A stretch of 64,000 nt of DNA from an uncultured Alphaproteobacteria bacterium (GCA_944390885.1 CALXRP010000003.1:35004-99003); one strand, 5' to 3'; counted from the first letter of the stretch, positions 18,801 through 27,946 are shown. The notes: generated from the letters alone by a model not told the origin. Made by a program: numbers and translations.

Positions 18801-19317
18801 CGAAATATTTTTGCAATTCCAGCAGCGTGCTCTCCGCCTCCGGCGCGCGGTTTTCCAGCAGCAAACGGCCTATCGGGCCTTCGACGCCGCCGGTCAGCAT
18901 AATCAGCCCGGCATTGAATTTTTCCAGATCCGCCATGGTAATTTGCGGTTTTTCCTGCGGGTTCGGCAAATCAAGATAAGCCCGTTTCATCAGGTGCATA
19001 ATATTGCTATAGCCCTCGGCGTTCATAACCAGCAAAACAATCTTATCCGGTTCGACGATTTTTCCTTTGCATTTGAGCAAATCCTGCGAATCGGGATTGC
19101 GCAGATAGAACTGAGAACCGAGAATCGGTTTAACCCCTTCATCGGAAGCATATTTGGAAAAAGCTTTTCCGCCGAAAATATTGGCCGTATCGGTTACGGC
19201 AATTGCCGCCACGCCCTCATCATGAAGCCGGTGGATCAGTTTGGGCACAAGCATTGCGCCCTCAGACAAAGAATAAGCGGTATGCACCCGCAGATGTACA
19301 AATTTCGGTTCTGACAT
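15847..19317 (-). CDS. dnaE: DNA polymerase III alpha subunit
   Basis: 1156 aa. N-terminal PHP domain (KFVHLRVHTAYSLSEGA), the polymerase core and a C-terminal OB fold. Length and motifs are typical of DnaE. Confidence 0.95.
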   Translation of the reverse strand: MSEPKFVHLRVHTAYSLSEGAMLVPKLIHRLHDEGVAAIAVTDTANIFGGKAFSKYASDEGVKPILGSQFYLRNPDSQDLLKCKGKIVEPDKIVLLVMNAEGYSNIMHLMKRAYLDLPNPQEKPQITMADLEKFNAGLIMLTGGVEGPIGRLLLENRAPEAESTLLELQKYFGDRLYMEIARIGLEEEQKTEDTFIDLAYKYNIPLVATNEAFFFDTDMYEAHDALVCIAAGEVVANPNRKRFSPNNRLRSQEEMVELFKDLPEAVQNTVNIAIRCNYLSSKVNPLLPIFECPDGKTQDDYIDEQAHLGLRKRMEATVYTPEMTEEERKKIDEEYYARLEYELSVIKKMGFPGYFLIVSDFIQWSKDHGVPVGPGRGSGAGSIVAWSLRITDLDPIKLNLLFERFLNPERVNMPDFDVDFCQENRGKTIEYVQKKYGYDHVAQIITYGKLQSKAVIRDVARVLQMPYSQADRISKMIPPGVQGKNPTLQESLDQVPELEEMRVNDPQVNKLFDIAMKLEGLYRHSGVHAAGVVIGDRPLEELTPLYKDPRSDMPVTQYDMKFVEETGLIKFDFLGLKTLTVIQRAVDWVKKDYGVELIMSDIPLDDKPTYELMQRGDTIGVFQFESAGMQDVHKQIKPDRFEDLIAIVSLYRPGPMDNIPSYIRRKHGEEEITYLHPDLAPILDETYGIMVYQEQVMKIAQALGGYTMGGADKLRKVMGKKMRDEIPKQRKMFTEGAVAKGIDADVATKIFDQMEKFASYGFNKSHAAAYSLISYQTAYLKAHYPVEFMCAIMAFDITNTDKLLFYKEECKKMGIKVLQPDINKSGADFTVEDGNIRYALAAIKGVGMANMKVIEEIRKQGGLFKDISDFIHRMPLANSNRRQLENMIKAGAFDCLEKNRGKLFANVDTIMQHISSANELKTSSQSSLFGTEELQSKVKLAEKPDWPELEKLKLEAEAVGFYLSAHPLDSYRSGMERLGVKSCAEVMNGVKVGDTVRAKLAGCVTTFQKRISKNGNKYAFLGLSDASSGFEGILFSDLLAKYEDTINSGLPLLVGVTVEKQEEGANPRVMINSVETLDQAIADGVNGLIIGLNSVEAVAPLKEILRHDRNGVNKIYLKPENNDWDIRIQLAGGYAFANDILSKIRGLPGVSYVKEL

Positions 19318-19469
19318 TTATTATAAATTCCTTGCTCAGATAATAGCGATTTTAGCGAACGGACTCAATAAAAAAAAGCGCCGGTTTTGAAATATCAACA
19401 GGAGTGGTATTATTTTACTTTTATACCGTTTACTTTAGCCAAAATCCCCGCCCCATTTTTCAATATAGC

Positions 19470-19498
19470 TTGACACATACCTTTTGTTGTGCTATAGT
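19470..19498 (+). promoter_or_regulatory. Near-consensus sigma70 promoter (TTGACA-17-TATAGT) pointing into the repeat leader and the Cys-rich protein gene
   Basis: ttgaca at 19470-19475, a 17-nt spacer, then tatagt at 19493-19498. Confidence 0.45.
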
Positions 19499-19524
19499 AT
19501 CTTTATTGTCGTTCTTAAGCATCT

Positions 19525-19855
19525 GTCATCCCCGGGCTTTGACCCGGGGATCCACCTGCACGGCAGGCGCGCGGCGAATTGAATACACTGTGCTCAAGAG
19601 ACCGCGTTGCTATGACGGGGTTTGTGAATGACAAGGTGCTTTGAAATATTTGTCATTCTCGGGCTACTTGTTTTTCAAGTCATCCCCGGGCTTAACCCGG
19701 GGATCCAGAATGACAATAAAGCTAATTTATTTGACTTGGATTGCCGGGTCAAGCCCGGCAATGACAAGAAAGAAACAAGCCCGGGGATGACGAAAGAAAA
19801 AAAGAGCCCGGCAATGACTAAAAAAATAAAGCGCCCGGCAAAGACAAAGAAAAAA
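19525..19855. repeat. GC-rich palindromic composite repeat cluster (locus 2), forming the 5' leader of the Cys-rich protein gene
   Basis: Contains gtcatccccgggctttgacccggggatccac, gtcattctcggg, gtcatccccgggcttaacccggggatccag and ggattgccgggtcaagcccggcaatgac. It ends in 3-4 tandem half-sites, agcccggSRatgac plus an A-run. ORF 19628..19885 inside it is spurious. Confidence 0.6.
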
Positions 19856-19897
19856 GGACGACAATATAGAAAAGAATTTTTATAAGGGAGGAAGCCG

Positions 19898-21295
19898 ATG
19901 AAAAATTATAACACTATGCTACACATGAAACTTAACTCTGCGGTGTCGGTTCTTGCTGTTGCCGCTGCTTTTGCGGTCTTTCTCCCGCCTTCCAATGCTT
20001 CAGCTGGCATTTGTTTTCTGCCGGACTGTCAGGATGATGAGATTGTTCAGGGCGATATTAATATGAACATCAACTCCGATACCGAGTATTGCGAGGAGAA
20101 AGGCTATACCTATTATTCTTCCGGTGAATGTCCGCAATATCAAGCTGTTATCGGAACCTGTTCCCGTGATGATCATTACTTGAAATGTGATGCCGTTACC
20201 TGGTGTAAGAATAACGGGTATAATACACAAACCTGTTCTCTGCCGTCCTTTGTTAACGACCAATGTCCGAACGGCAAACCTTATTACAAAGGTTGTAAAG
20301 AAGACCGGCCGAGAGCCTGCCGTGAACAAGGCTATGTCAACTCTTGTTCTCCGGGACGGTTGTATAAATCGACAAACCGTTGTCCGTGGGATAGCTCTTA
20401 CGGCAAATGCTGTACTGCTTCGCCGTCGACAGGTTGTCCGTCTAATTATAAAGTAACTTGTGATTCTTCCCGCGGATCATCAGGAAGGGATACCTGCGGT
20501 TATACCTGTTACAGATGTTGTAATGATACCTGTCCGTCCGGGACTTCTAAAAACTATTCAGGTTCTATATCTTCTTATACAGAGTGCGGAACCGCTTGCC
20601 GGAGATGTAAAGACTGCACTACGGGAAGCCGCTCTTATACCGGTGCTTATGCCGGAACTTCAGAATGCGGTACTTGTTATAAATGTAATGACACATGTTC
20701 TTCCGGATCAAAAAGCTCTAGTTGCGGAAGCGGATATGAATCTTACCGCAGCGGTTCGACTGAATGCGGAAGTGCTTGCTACTCCTGCCGCAAACATACT
20801 CACTCTTACTCCTGCCCGAGCGGGTATCAATCCAGCTCTTGCGGATCAGGTTACACAACTTCCAGCACAAGATCTAAATCTTGTTCTTGTGGGGCAACTT
20901 ACGGTACCTGCTATAAATGCTCGAAAAATACTAATACCGGCAATAATAACAACAATAACTACACCGGTGGCGGAAATACCGGAAATAACAATAATAACAA
21001 CAATAACACCAATACAGGAACAACCACGCCTGCTGTTGATCCTGATGCTTGCAAATCAACTTATATTATTGGGGTAAGCTATGCAGGATGGTGTGACTGG
21101 TGTGATAAAGAAGGTGGACCTAAATGTATTTGGTGTAAAAGAGAACGGCGCTGTACAACCAACAGCGGTAAAGACAAATGGTTAAATGATGGATATTATA
21201 TTGCAAAAAGTGGTTATGATGGTGAAGTTAACTGCCAAGCAGCTCTTGCAGGTGGCGGCAAAAACTGCGATGAAGGTACAATTTATCCCGAATAA
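19898..21295 (+). CDS. Secreted cysteine-rich tandem-repeat protein with poly-Asn tract and PSI-like C-terminal domain
   Basis: RBS agggagg. Signal peptide MKLNSAVSVLAVAAAFAVFLPPSNASA. At least 4 tandem modules of about 30 aa (C.SG...S.S.Y.ECG.AC..C). A T/G/N-rich tract (NNNNNNYTGGGNTGNNNNNNNNTNTG). C-terminal CKSTYIIGVSYAGWCDWCDKEGGPKCIWCKRERRC. A terminator hairpin follows. Confidence 0.6.
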   Translation: MKNYNTMLHMKLNSAVSVLAVAAAFAVFLPPSNASAGICFLPDCQDDEIVQGDINMNINSDTEYCEEKGYTYYSSGECPQYQAVIGTCSRDDHYLKCDAVTWCKNNGYNTQTCSLPSFVNDQCPNGKPYYKGCKEDRPRACREQGYVNSCSPGRLYKSTNRCPWDSSYGKCCTASPSTGCPSNYKVTCDSSRGSSGRDTCGYTCYRCCNDTCPSGTSKNYSGSISSYTECGTACRRCKDCTTGSRSYTGAYAGTSECGTCYKCNDTCSSGSKSSSCGSGYESYRSGSTECGSACYSCRKHTHSYSCPSGYQSSSCGSGYTTSSTRSKSCSCGATYGTCYKCSKNTNTGNNNNNNYTGGGNTGNNNNNNNNTNTGTTTPAVDPDACKSTYIIGVSYAGWCDWCDKEGGPKCIWCKRERRCTTNSGKDKWLNDGYYIAKSGYDGEVNCQAALAGGGKNCDEGTIYPE

Positions 21296-21302
21296 ATTAA
21301 AT

Positions 21303-21342
21303 AAGATCTCTCTCCAGACTATGGAGAGAGATCTCTTTTTAA
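21303..21342. terminator. Bidirectional rho-independent terminator between the Cys-rich gene and prfA
   Basis: aagatctctctcc agactatgg agagagatctctt followed by ttttt; A/T runs on both sides. Confidence 0.5.
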
Positions 21343-21441
21343 GATAAGACGTTAGACTGATATTTTTTTGGAAGATTTTAAAAATATTACGCTTGTCCGG
21401 TGATTAATATTCTTCTTTACAAGCAACTGCCGGACTTTTTT

Positions 21442-22515
21442 CTAATCCAGTTCGGCCAGACGCTGTGCCTGATCTTCCATAACCAGCGCGTCAATAATCT
21501 CGTCCAGTGCATCGCCGGAAACGACCTCATCCAGCTTGTACAGCGTTAAGTTAATCCGGTGGTCGGTTACGCGTCCCTGCGGATAGTTATAGGTGCGAAT
21601 CCGTTCGCTGCGGTCGCCACTGCCGATTTGCAGTTTGCGTTTTTCCGAATAAGCGGAATCAATGCTTTCTTTTTGCATATCATATAATTTTGCCCGCAGG
21701 TGGTTCATGGCTTTTTCCTTATTTTTAAACTGCGAGCGGTCATCCTGGCACTGAACGACAACGCCGGTCGGAATATGAGTAATGCGTACTGCAGACTCCG
21801 TCCGGTTAACGTGTTGTCCGCCGGCGCCGGAGGCACGGTAAACATCAATCTTCAAATCGGCCGGATTGATATACATATCCACTTCTTCAATTTCCGGCAA
21901 AACGGCTACCGTGGCGGCGGAAGTATGGACGCGTCCCTGGGATTCCGTTACCGGAACGCGCTGAACACGGTGGGCGCCGGATTCAAATTTTAATTTTGCA
22001 AAAACATCTTTGCCGGTGATCTTAGCCGAGGCTTGCTTGTAACCGCCCAGACCGTTTTCATCGGCGTCAAGAATCTCAAATTTCCATCCTTGGGTTGCCG
22101 AATAACGCTGATACATTTCAAACAGCACGGCGGCAAACAAGGCGGCCTCATCACCACCGGTACCGGCGCGAACTTCAAGAATCGCATTTTTCTCGTCGTC
22201 CTCGTCTTTCGGCAACAGGGCAATTTTGATTTCTTTTTCCAATTCGGGAAGTTTTTCTTTCAGCTCATAAAACTCGGCTTCGGCCATTTCGCGCATTTCT
22301 TTGTCGAGCGACGAATCTTCCATCATCGCTTTGGCATCGTTCATATTGGCCTCGGCATGGTTATAATTGCGGATTTTTTCAACAACCGGCGCCAACTGTG
22401 AAATCTCTTTGTTCATTTTCACCAGCTCATCGGAACTTAATCCGGGACTGACGACCAGAGCCTCCAACTCATCGTAACGATTAACCACATTAGCGAGTTT
22501 TTCTGCAAAATTCAT
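21442..22515 (-). CDS. prfA: Peptide chain release factor 1
   Basis: 357 aa. Carries the GGQ motif (ASGAGGQHVNRTESAVRITH) and the PVT tripeptide (RVPVTESQGR) diagnostic of RF1 rather than the SPF of RF2. No frameshift site. Confidence 0.85.
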   Translation of the reverse strand: MNFAEKLANVVNRYDELEALVVSPGLSSDELVKMNKEISQLAPVVEKIRNYNHAEANMNDAKAMMEDSSLDKEMREMAEAEFYELKEKLPELEKEIKIALLPKDEDDEKNAILEVRAGTGGDEAALFAAVLFEMYQRYSATQGWKFEILDADENGLGGYKQASAKITGKDVFAKLKFESGAHRVQRVPVTESQGRVHTSAATVAVLPEIEEVDMYINPADLKIDVYRASGAGGQHVNRTESAVRITHIPTGVVVQCQDDRSQFKNKEKAMNHLRAKLYDMQKESIDSAYSEKRKLQIGSGDRSERIRTYNYPQGRVTDHRINLTLYKLDEVVSGDALDEIIDALVMEDQAQRLAELD

Positions 22516-22527
22516 ATTTTTCTTTTC

Positions 22528-23607
22528 CTAACTAACTTTACTTTCGACCAGACGAACCAATTCGTCGACAATGTTTTCACTTTTTACCTTATGAGAGGGC
22601 TTGCCGTCAACAAAAATCATATTATCGCCGCCTTTGCCTCCGCAAACGCCGAAATCGGCATGTCCGGCTTCGCCCGGGCCGTTGACCACACAGCCCATTA
22701 CGGCCAAAGTCAGAGGTTTGGCAATATGGGACAGGCGTTTTTCCAAAGTTTCGACCGTTTTTTGCACGTCATAGCCGCGACGGGCACAAGTCGGGCAAGA
22801 GATAATGCGAATGCCGCGGTGGCGCAAATCCAGCGCTTTCAGAATTTCGAAACCGGCTTTGACTTCTTCTTCCACGTCTGCCGTCAGCGAAACCCGCAAT
22901 GTATCGCCGATACCGGCCATCAGCAAAGCCCCGATCCCCATTGCCGACTTAATTGTGCCGGTTCGCAGGCCGCCGGCTTCGGTAACGCCCAAATGCAACG
23001 GATAATCACAGGCTGCTGCCAGCTTTTTGTAGGCATCAATCATCATCAACGTATCAGACGACTTGACGCTGATTTTGAACTCGCGAAAATCATTGTCCTC
23101 CAGCATTTTGGCCTGTTCCAAAGCGCTCTCTACCAAAGCGTCGGCACAGGGTTCGCCGTATTTTTCCAACAGTCGTTTGTCGAGCGAACCACCGTTAACG
23201 CCGATACGAATCGAGCAGCCGTAATCTTTGGCCGCTTTGACAACTGCTTTGACCCGATCCGCCCCGCCGATATTGCCGGGATTAATCCGCAGGCAGGCCG
23301 CACCGTTTTCCGCTGCCAAAATTCCCAGCCGGTAATCAAAATGGATATCAGCGACAACCGGAATGCTTACGGCTTTGGTGATTTCTTTTAACGCACGGGC
23401 GGAATCTTCATCCGGACAGGAACAACGAGTAATATCGCAGCCGACGGCTTCCTGACGCTGAATTTGCTCAATCGTGGCCTTAATATCCGAGGTCAGCGTA
23501 TTGGTCATTGATTGTACCGTTATCGGGGCATCACCGCCGACAGCAACGTTTCCGACCATAATTTTGCGCGATTTACGGCGGATAATTTGCGGAGTATGAT
23601 TTGTCAT
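22528..23607 (-). CDS. ispG: 4-hydroxy-3-methylbut-2-en-1-yl diphosphate synthase (flavodoxin)
   Basis: Start placed at the internal ATG ([36 protein letters not shown]), which aligns with the E. coli IspG N-terminus. The ORF track extends 15 codons upstream. Cys ligands CPTCAR and [21 protein letters not shown]. rodZ lies upstream, as in E. coli. Confidence 0.9.
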   Translation of the reverse strand: MTNHTPQIIRRKSRKIMVGNVAVGGDAPITVQSMTNTLTSDIKATIEQIQRQEAVGCDITRCSCPDEDSARALKEITKAVSIPVVADIHFDYRLGILAAENGAACLRINPGNIGGADRVKAVVKAAKDYGCSIRIGVNGGSLDKRLLEKYGEPCADALVESALEQAKMLEDNDFREFKISVKSSDTLMMIDAYKKLAAACDYPLHLGVTEAGGLRTGTIKSAMGIGALLMAGIGDTLRVSLTADVEEEVKAGFEILKALDLRHRGIRIISCPTCARRGYDVQKTVETLEKRLSHIAKPLTLAVMGCVVNGPGEAGHADFGVCGGKGGDNMIFVDGKPSHKVKSENIVDELVRLVESKVS

Positions 23608-23687
23608 ATTTGTTCTTCCTTGTTGTAAAAACAAAAGAAAATAGCTTACCAAAGGCCAGCTATTTTCTTAATTAATTCTTTTACCGT

Positions 23688-24815
23688 CTAAAGTTTCCGG
23701 TTGACTTTTGCCAAAGCGGCTTCCAAGTCAATGTTCATTTTGCGGTCTTTCGGCAGAAAATCTACCGGTTTGCCGTCAATAAAGGTTTCTACCCCGTCAA
23801 AGCGCCCGACAGATACAATCAGACCTTTGGCTTTTGGCAACGTATAAGAATCGCCGGCATACAAAACCTTGCTCAAATAAAGCTTGTCTGCTGTCTTAAC
23901 CTCAATCCAGGTTTCTTTTTTTATCTCAAAAACAATGTTTGATTTTCCCGGAGCCGCGGGCTTGGCAGCTGCTTGGGGCTCTTGAACGGGCTCTGCAGCC
24001 GGAGTGATCTCTGCCGTCGGAGCAGCCGGTTCAGTAGCCGTTGTTTCCGGTTCTGGCTGCGGAGCGGCAGCAGGCTCTTCTTCAAAAGAGGCATCCGTCA
24101 CGTTGACCTGAGCACTTTCTTCAACCGGAGCTGGTTCAATAACCGGCAGATTTTCTTCTTGCGGAACCGGAGAAGAATCGCCTTCATTCATAGAAAAGTC
24201 TTCTACGACGAGCGGATATTGTGCCTCATCACCGGCAATTTCTTCGCTGATGCTTTCTTTTTCAGAATCTTCGGCATCAAGCGGCAGACTTTTATAACTG
24301 CTGTAAAAATGCCATGCCGCATATACGGCGATAATGGCCAGCAAGCTGATCATCAGATATTTTTTGCCCGGAACGGCGGCCTCAGACTGAGGCTCAGGAA
24401 CATAACCGGCATTCTCGTTTTCCGGTATTTCCGGTTCTGTTTCTTCTTTGTATTTTTGAATAATCAGCGAGCTGTTTAAACCTAAATACTCGGCATAAGA
24501 GCGGATAAAGCCTATACCGTACGGAAACTCGGGAATTTTATCATAATCATTGGCCTCAATTGCTTCCAGGTAGGCTTTGCGAATACATAAGACTTGTGCG
24601 ATATCCTGAATTTTTTTGCCCTTGCCAAGACGTGCCTGTTTTAAAATTCCGCCAATCTTATCTTCTGCGGGCTGGGCTGCTTCAGAAACGGTTTCGCCTT
24701 CAGCAGCTTTTTCTTCTTTTTTGATTTCTTCGGTCACAACTTTATCCTCTTGTTGGTGAATTTGGTTGATTGTTGCACATTTTTTAATAGATTTCAATAC
24801 CATGATCATAGGCAT
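23688..24815 (-). CDS. rodZ: Cytoskeleton protein RodZ (HTH-XRE, TM segment, acidic/Pro-rich linker, C-terminal DUF4115)
   Basis: HTH (KIQDIAQVLCIRKAYLEAIE), a TM helix (YLMISLLAIIAVYAAWHFY), a Pro/Ala/Glu-rich linker and a C-terminal beta domain (IVFEIKKETWIEVKTADKLYLSKVLYAGDSY...) aligning with the E. coli RodZ C-terminus. Conserved rodZ-ispG synteny. The start may be an internal Met. Confidence 0.75.
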   Translation of the reverse strand: MPMIMVLKSIKKCATINQIHQQEDKVVTEEIKKEEKAAEGETVSEAAQPAEDKIGGILKQARLGKGKKIQDIAQVLCIRKAYLEAIEANDYDKIPEFPYGIGFIRSYAEYLGLNSSLIIQKYKEETEPEIPENENAGYVPEPQSEAAVPGKKYLMISLLAIIAVYAAWHFYSSYKSLPLDAEDSEKESISEEIAGDEAQYPLVVEDFSMNEGDSSPVPQEENLPVIEPAPVEESAQVNVTDASFEEEPAAAPQPEPETTATEPAAPTAEITPAAEPVQEPQAAAKPAAPGKSNIVFEIKKETWIEVKTADKLYLSKVLYAGDSYTLPKAKGLIVSVGRFDGVETFIDGKPVDFLPKDRKMNIDLEAALAKVNRKL

Positions 24816-27048
24816 AGGAAATTAATTGCGGACGAACGCTCTTTTTGCCCGACTTCAGCAGCATCCGCACATAATCGGAAATCTCGGAAACGTTCAGGCT
24901 ACGAACCATGCTTTTGACACGCCCGAAAGATGAACCGGACATTGAGAGGTTTCGATATCCAAGCCCGATTAATGCCATAGCTTCGATCGGATTGCCCGCC
25001 ATTTCTCCGCAGACGGAACAGTAAACACCATATTTGGCAGCCTTGCTGACAATTAATTCCATCATGCTCAAAAACGGCCCGGACAGAACATCATAACGCT
25101 CTGTCAGGCGAGGATTGCCACGGTCACAGGCAAAAACAAACTGAGCCAGATCATTGGTTCCGATAGAAATGAAATCGGCTTTGGGAAGAATTTCATCCAA
25201 CTGGAAGACAATGGCCGGAACTTCTATCATCAGGCCGACATTTACCTTTTTTGGAACTTCATGTCCTTTGCGTTTTTCTTTTTCCAGTTCCAGCATAAGC
25301 GTTTCCCTGGCTTCTTCAAATTCGCTCAGGTTTGAGATCATCGGGAACATGACATTTAATTCTTTGCCGGCGGCCGCACGCAGAAAAGCTCTGACCTGTT
25401 TGCGCAGAATCGCCCGGCGGTCCAGCGTGATGCGAATCGATCGCCAGCCGATGGCCGGATTTTCTTCGCCCATATTGCTCCAGTAAGGAAGAAGTTTATC
25501 CGAGCCGACATCCAAACTGCGAAAGATGACCTTGCGCTCGCCGGCTTTGTCCATCAGCTCCCGATAATATCCTACCTGGCGCTCCACATTCGGCATATTC
25601 TCGGATGCCATAAAAGGAATCTCCGTCCGGTACAGCCCTATTCCATCGCAATTTGTCGACTCGATATAATCCAAGTCAAAAGATAAGCCGACGTTGATAT
25701 AAAGACTGATTTTTACGCCGTCCAGCGTTTCTGAAGGTTTGGCTTTCAGCTCCGATAGTTTTTGCTGAAGTTTTTGTTTTTCAAGAATTTTGGCCTTGAA
25801 TTTCTCCTGCACCTGCTGCGACGGATTGCGGTATACATATCCTTCGTTTCCGTCGACGGCAACCAGTTCTCCGGTTTTTATTTCCTCAAAAATGCCTTTT
25901 ATTTTGGCAACAACCGGGATTCCCAAAGCCTTGGCCACGATTGCCACATGCATGGTCGGTGTGCCGTCTTCAATTATCAAACCGCGGATTTTGGTATAAT
26001 CATAATCCATCAAATCGGCCGGACCCATTGTCTGAGCCACGACGATAATGTCATCGGAATCAACTTTTTCAACGGTTCCGAAATCACCGCTCAAATATGA
26101 CTGCAGGCGGTCGGACACATCTCTGAGATCATGCAGCCGCTCTTTCAGATAGGTATCGGTGGTGGCAGAAAGCCGGTTCCACATATCTTCATAAGCGCGT
26201 TCGATGGCTGCTTCGGCTGTTAAGCCCCCCTGAACATTGCCGGAGATTTTTTTATACCAGCCCTTATCCTGGGCAAACATTCGGTAAGCATCTAAAATTT
26301 CAACATGTTCCCCTATGCCGAGCTGGGTTGATGTGAATTTTTTCTCCAAATCATCATTCATCTGTCGGTAGGCAATTTCTAACCGGTGCAGTTCTTTGTC
26401 TTTGTCTTCGGCAAAAATTTTGGTAACAACGCGGCGGCGGCGATGGACAACGGCGGCCCCCATGCCATAGCCTTTACTCAGGCTCAAGCCTTTGCTCTTT
26501 TCTTTGTCAATAATCCCGCGCTCTTTTATCAGCATTTTTTTGTAATCTGACATTTCTTCAGAAGCAATCATCTCGCTTAAGACCATTGCGATTGTTTCCA
26601 TAATGTCAATTTCGAGCTGGGAATATTCATGGATTTCGCGGTTTTGAATCGTTAAAACGCCAATGGAACGGCTCCAACGGATCAGCGGAACGCCGAGGAA
26701 AGATTTGTAGTCTTCTTCCCCCATTTCTTGTTTATATGAAAATTTCGGATGTTTCCAGGCATCGGCTGCCGCAACATATCGGTTATTCTGTGCGACTTCG
26801 CCCACCAAACCTTCGCCAAAACGCATTGATATTTTGTGGGAAACCCCGCTATTGAAACCATATGATGCAAAAAGTTCTAACGTATAATCATCAACGGCAA
26901 CATAGCAGGCTGCAGCATCGGCACCCATTTTCTCGGCAATGATCTCTACAATTTTTTCAAGTTTTTCTGAAATTGAATCTTGTCCCTCGGTTACCTGTCT
27001 CAGTAACCTTAAGATATCCATTGCCTGGTTTACTACTGGTGATTGCAT
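24784..27048 (-). CDS. ptsP: Phosphoenolpyruvate-protein phosphotransferase PtsP (GAF domain plus Enzyme I; EI-Ntr)
   Basis: Start at ATG 27046-27048 (MQSPVVNQAMDILRLL...); the track's 44-aa N-terminal extension is unlikely. N-terminal GAF domain followed by the EI PEP-utilising, phospho-His and TIM-barrel domains (GGLTAEAAIERAYED..., TNDLAQF, CGEMAGNP). Confidence 0.85.
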   Translation of the reverse strand: MQSPVVNQAMDILRLLRQVTEGQDSISEKLEKIVEIIAEKMGADAAACYVAVDDYTLELFASYGFNSGVSHKISMRFGEGLVGEVAQNNRYVAAADAWKHPKFSYKQEMGEEDYKSFLGVPLIRWSRSIGVLTIQNREIHEYSQLEIDIMETIAMVLSEMIASEEMSDYKKMLIKERGIIDKEKSKGLSLSKGYGMGAAVVHRRRRVVTKIFAEDKDKELHRLEIAYRQMNDDLEKKFTSTQLGIGEHVEILDAYRMFAQDKGWYKKISGNVQGGLTAEAAIERAYEDMWNRLSATTDTYLKERLHDLRDVSDRLQSYLSGDFGTVEKVDSDDIIVVAQTMGPADLMDYDYTKIRGLIIEDGTPTMHVAIVAKALGIPVVAKIKGIFEEIKTGELVAVDGNEGYVYRNPSQQVQEKFKAKILEKQKLQQKLSELKAKPSETLDGVKISLYINVGLSFDLDYIESTNCDGIGLYRTEIPFMASENMPNVERQVGYYRELMDKAGERKVIFRSLDVGSDKLLPYWSNMGEENPAIGWRSIRITLDRRAILRKQVRAFLRAAAGKELNVMFPMISNLSEFEEARETLMLELEKEKRKGHEVPKKVNVGLMIEVPAIVFQLDEILPKADFISIGTNDLAQFVFACDRGNPRLTERYDVLSGPFLSMMELIVSKAAKYGVYCSVCGEMAGNPIEAMALIGLGYRNLSMSGSSFGRVKSMVRSLNVSEISDYVRMLLKSGKKSVRPQLISYAYDHGIEIY

Positions 27049-27145
27049 AATCTTCCGCCGCCAATATATTTTTATTCTTGCGCTTTTAGTTATATTGCCT
27101 ATATTGCTTTTCATCAAGTACAATTTTTTATCGGAGTATAAAATT

Positions 27146-27511
27146 ATGGCAAATTTATATAAACGCGGGCAAAAAGACACCCGCCCCTGGGGAACCTGGG
27201 AGGTTATTGAGGCCGGTGATGGCTTTTGCGTTAAGAGAATCCGCGTTACCCCGGGAAATATTCTTTCTTTGCAGCTTCATCATTATCGCGCAGAGCATTG
27301 GATTATTGTTAAAGGCGAGGCTTTAGTAACTTTGGGAGAAGACAAGATTCTTAAAAAAGCAAATGAATCGGTTTATATTCCTGCCGAAACCAAACACAGA
27401 ATCCAAAATAATACACAACAAGATATGGAGTTTATTGAGGTTCAGACCGGGGATAATTTGGATGAAAACGATATTGTCCGTTTTGAGGATTCTTACGGGA
27501 GGGTAAAATAG
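27146..27511 (+). CDS. Cupin-domain protein (mannose-6-phosphate isomerase type II C-terminal-like)
   Basis: 121 aa from the ATG at 27146. WGTWEVIEAGDGFCVKRIRVTPGNILSLQLHHYRAEHWIIVKGEALV is a cupin barrel motif. The ORF-track start at 26939 is an unlikely upstream extension. Divergent from ptsP. Confidence 0.6.
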   Translation: MANLYKRGQKDTRPWGTWEVIEAGDGFCVKRIRVTPGNILSLQLHHYRAEHWIIVKGEALVTLGEDKILKKANESVYIPAETKHRIQNNTQQDMEFIEVQTGDNLDENDIVRFEDSYGRVK

Positions 27512-27512
27512 A

Positions 27513-27536
27513 GGGAAACTCTTCCCTCCCTCTGAA
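27513..27536 (+). terminator. Hairpin terminator after the cupin gene
   Basis: gagggaaactcttccctccctc, a 6-7 bp GC stem, immediately after the stop. Confidence 0.4.
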
Positions 27537-27917
27537 TTCACTCTTTATTTATTATCCTCGGAAGTTTTTCTCTTTCCTTTTTTCCCTTTCTTTCTGTTTC
27601 TTACTTATGTTCTTTTCGCTACTTTTGTCATGCTACAAAAGGCCGGAGGCCGGCAGGCACAAAAGCAAAAAGCTAGCCCTGAACTCGTTTTCTAAGTCTT
27701 CGTGAAAAAGTTCAGGCCGTCTAAGCACAAGGCTAAGACGGCAAGAAGGCACATAGTGTTTTTAATTTTCTCTTTTTCACAAAGACTAAGAAGTACTCGT
27801 TAAAGGGCATTTCTAACGCCCCCTGTCCCCCTCTTAGCAAAGAGGGGGAATTGTTGTAATATGAAAATTCCCGGTTAAGGCCGGGAATTTTGAAACAAAA
27901 CCTCAGAAAAGACACTT

Positions 27918-27946
27918 TCTAGCTGTCGGCAGCTTTTTTAAATGGT
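27918..27946 (+). terminator. Hairpin plus T-run at the end of the hairpin-rich noncoding stretch
   Basis: ctagctgtcggcagctttttt on the plus strand. The upstream plus-strand gene already has its own terminator, so this may terminate an sRNA. Confidence 0.35.

Noticed and set aside
16460-19314. Numerous plus-strand ORFs inside dnaE (for example 16460..16807, 18811..19314) and similar antisense ORFs within ptsP, pepF, sufD, secD and the R-M genes
   Set aside because: They are antisense to long conserved genes and have no homology. They are explained by codon-bias shadow frames.
19628-19885. ORF 19628..19885 (85 aa, PGLNPGIQ..., K-rich) upstream of the Cys-rich gene
   Set aside because: It translates the palindromic repeats and the A-rich half-site tandem. 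A better explanation is a transcribed leader, not a CDS.
21442-22515. RF2 (prfB) with programmed +1 frameshift
   Set aside because: The PVT tripeptide and continuous frame identify RF1. No CUU UGA C shift site is present.
24784-27180. 798-aa PtsP as annotated by the longest ORF
   Set aside because: The first 44 codons are AT-rich and unlike PtsP N-termini. The internal ATG at 27048 begins the GAF domain, so the shorter start was preferred.
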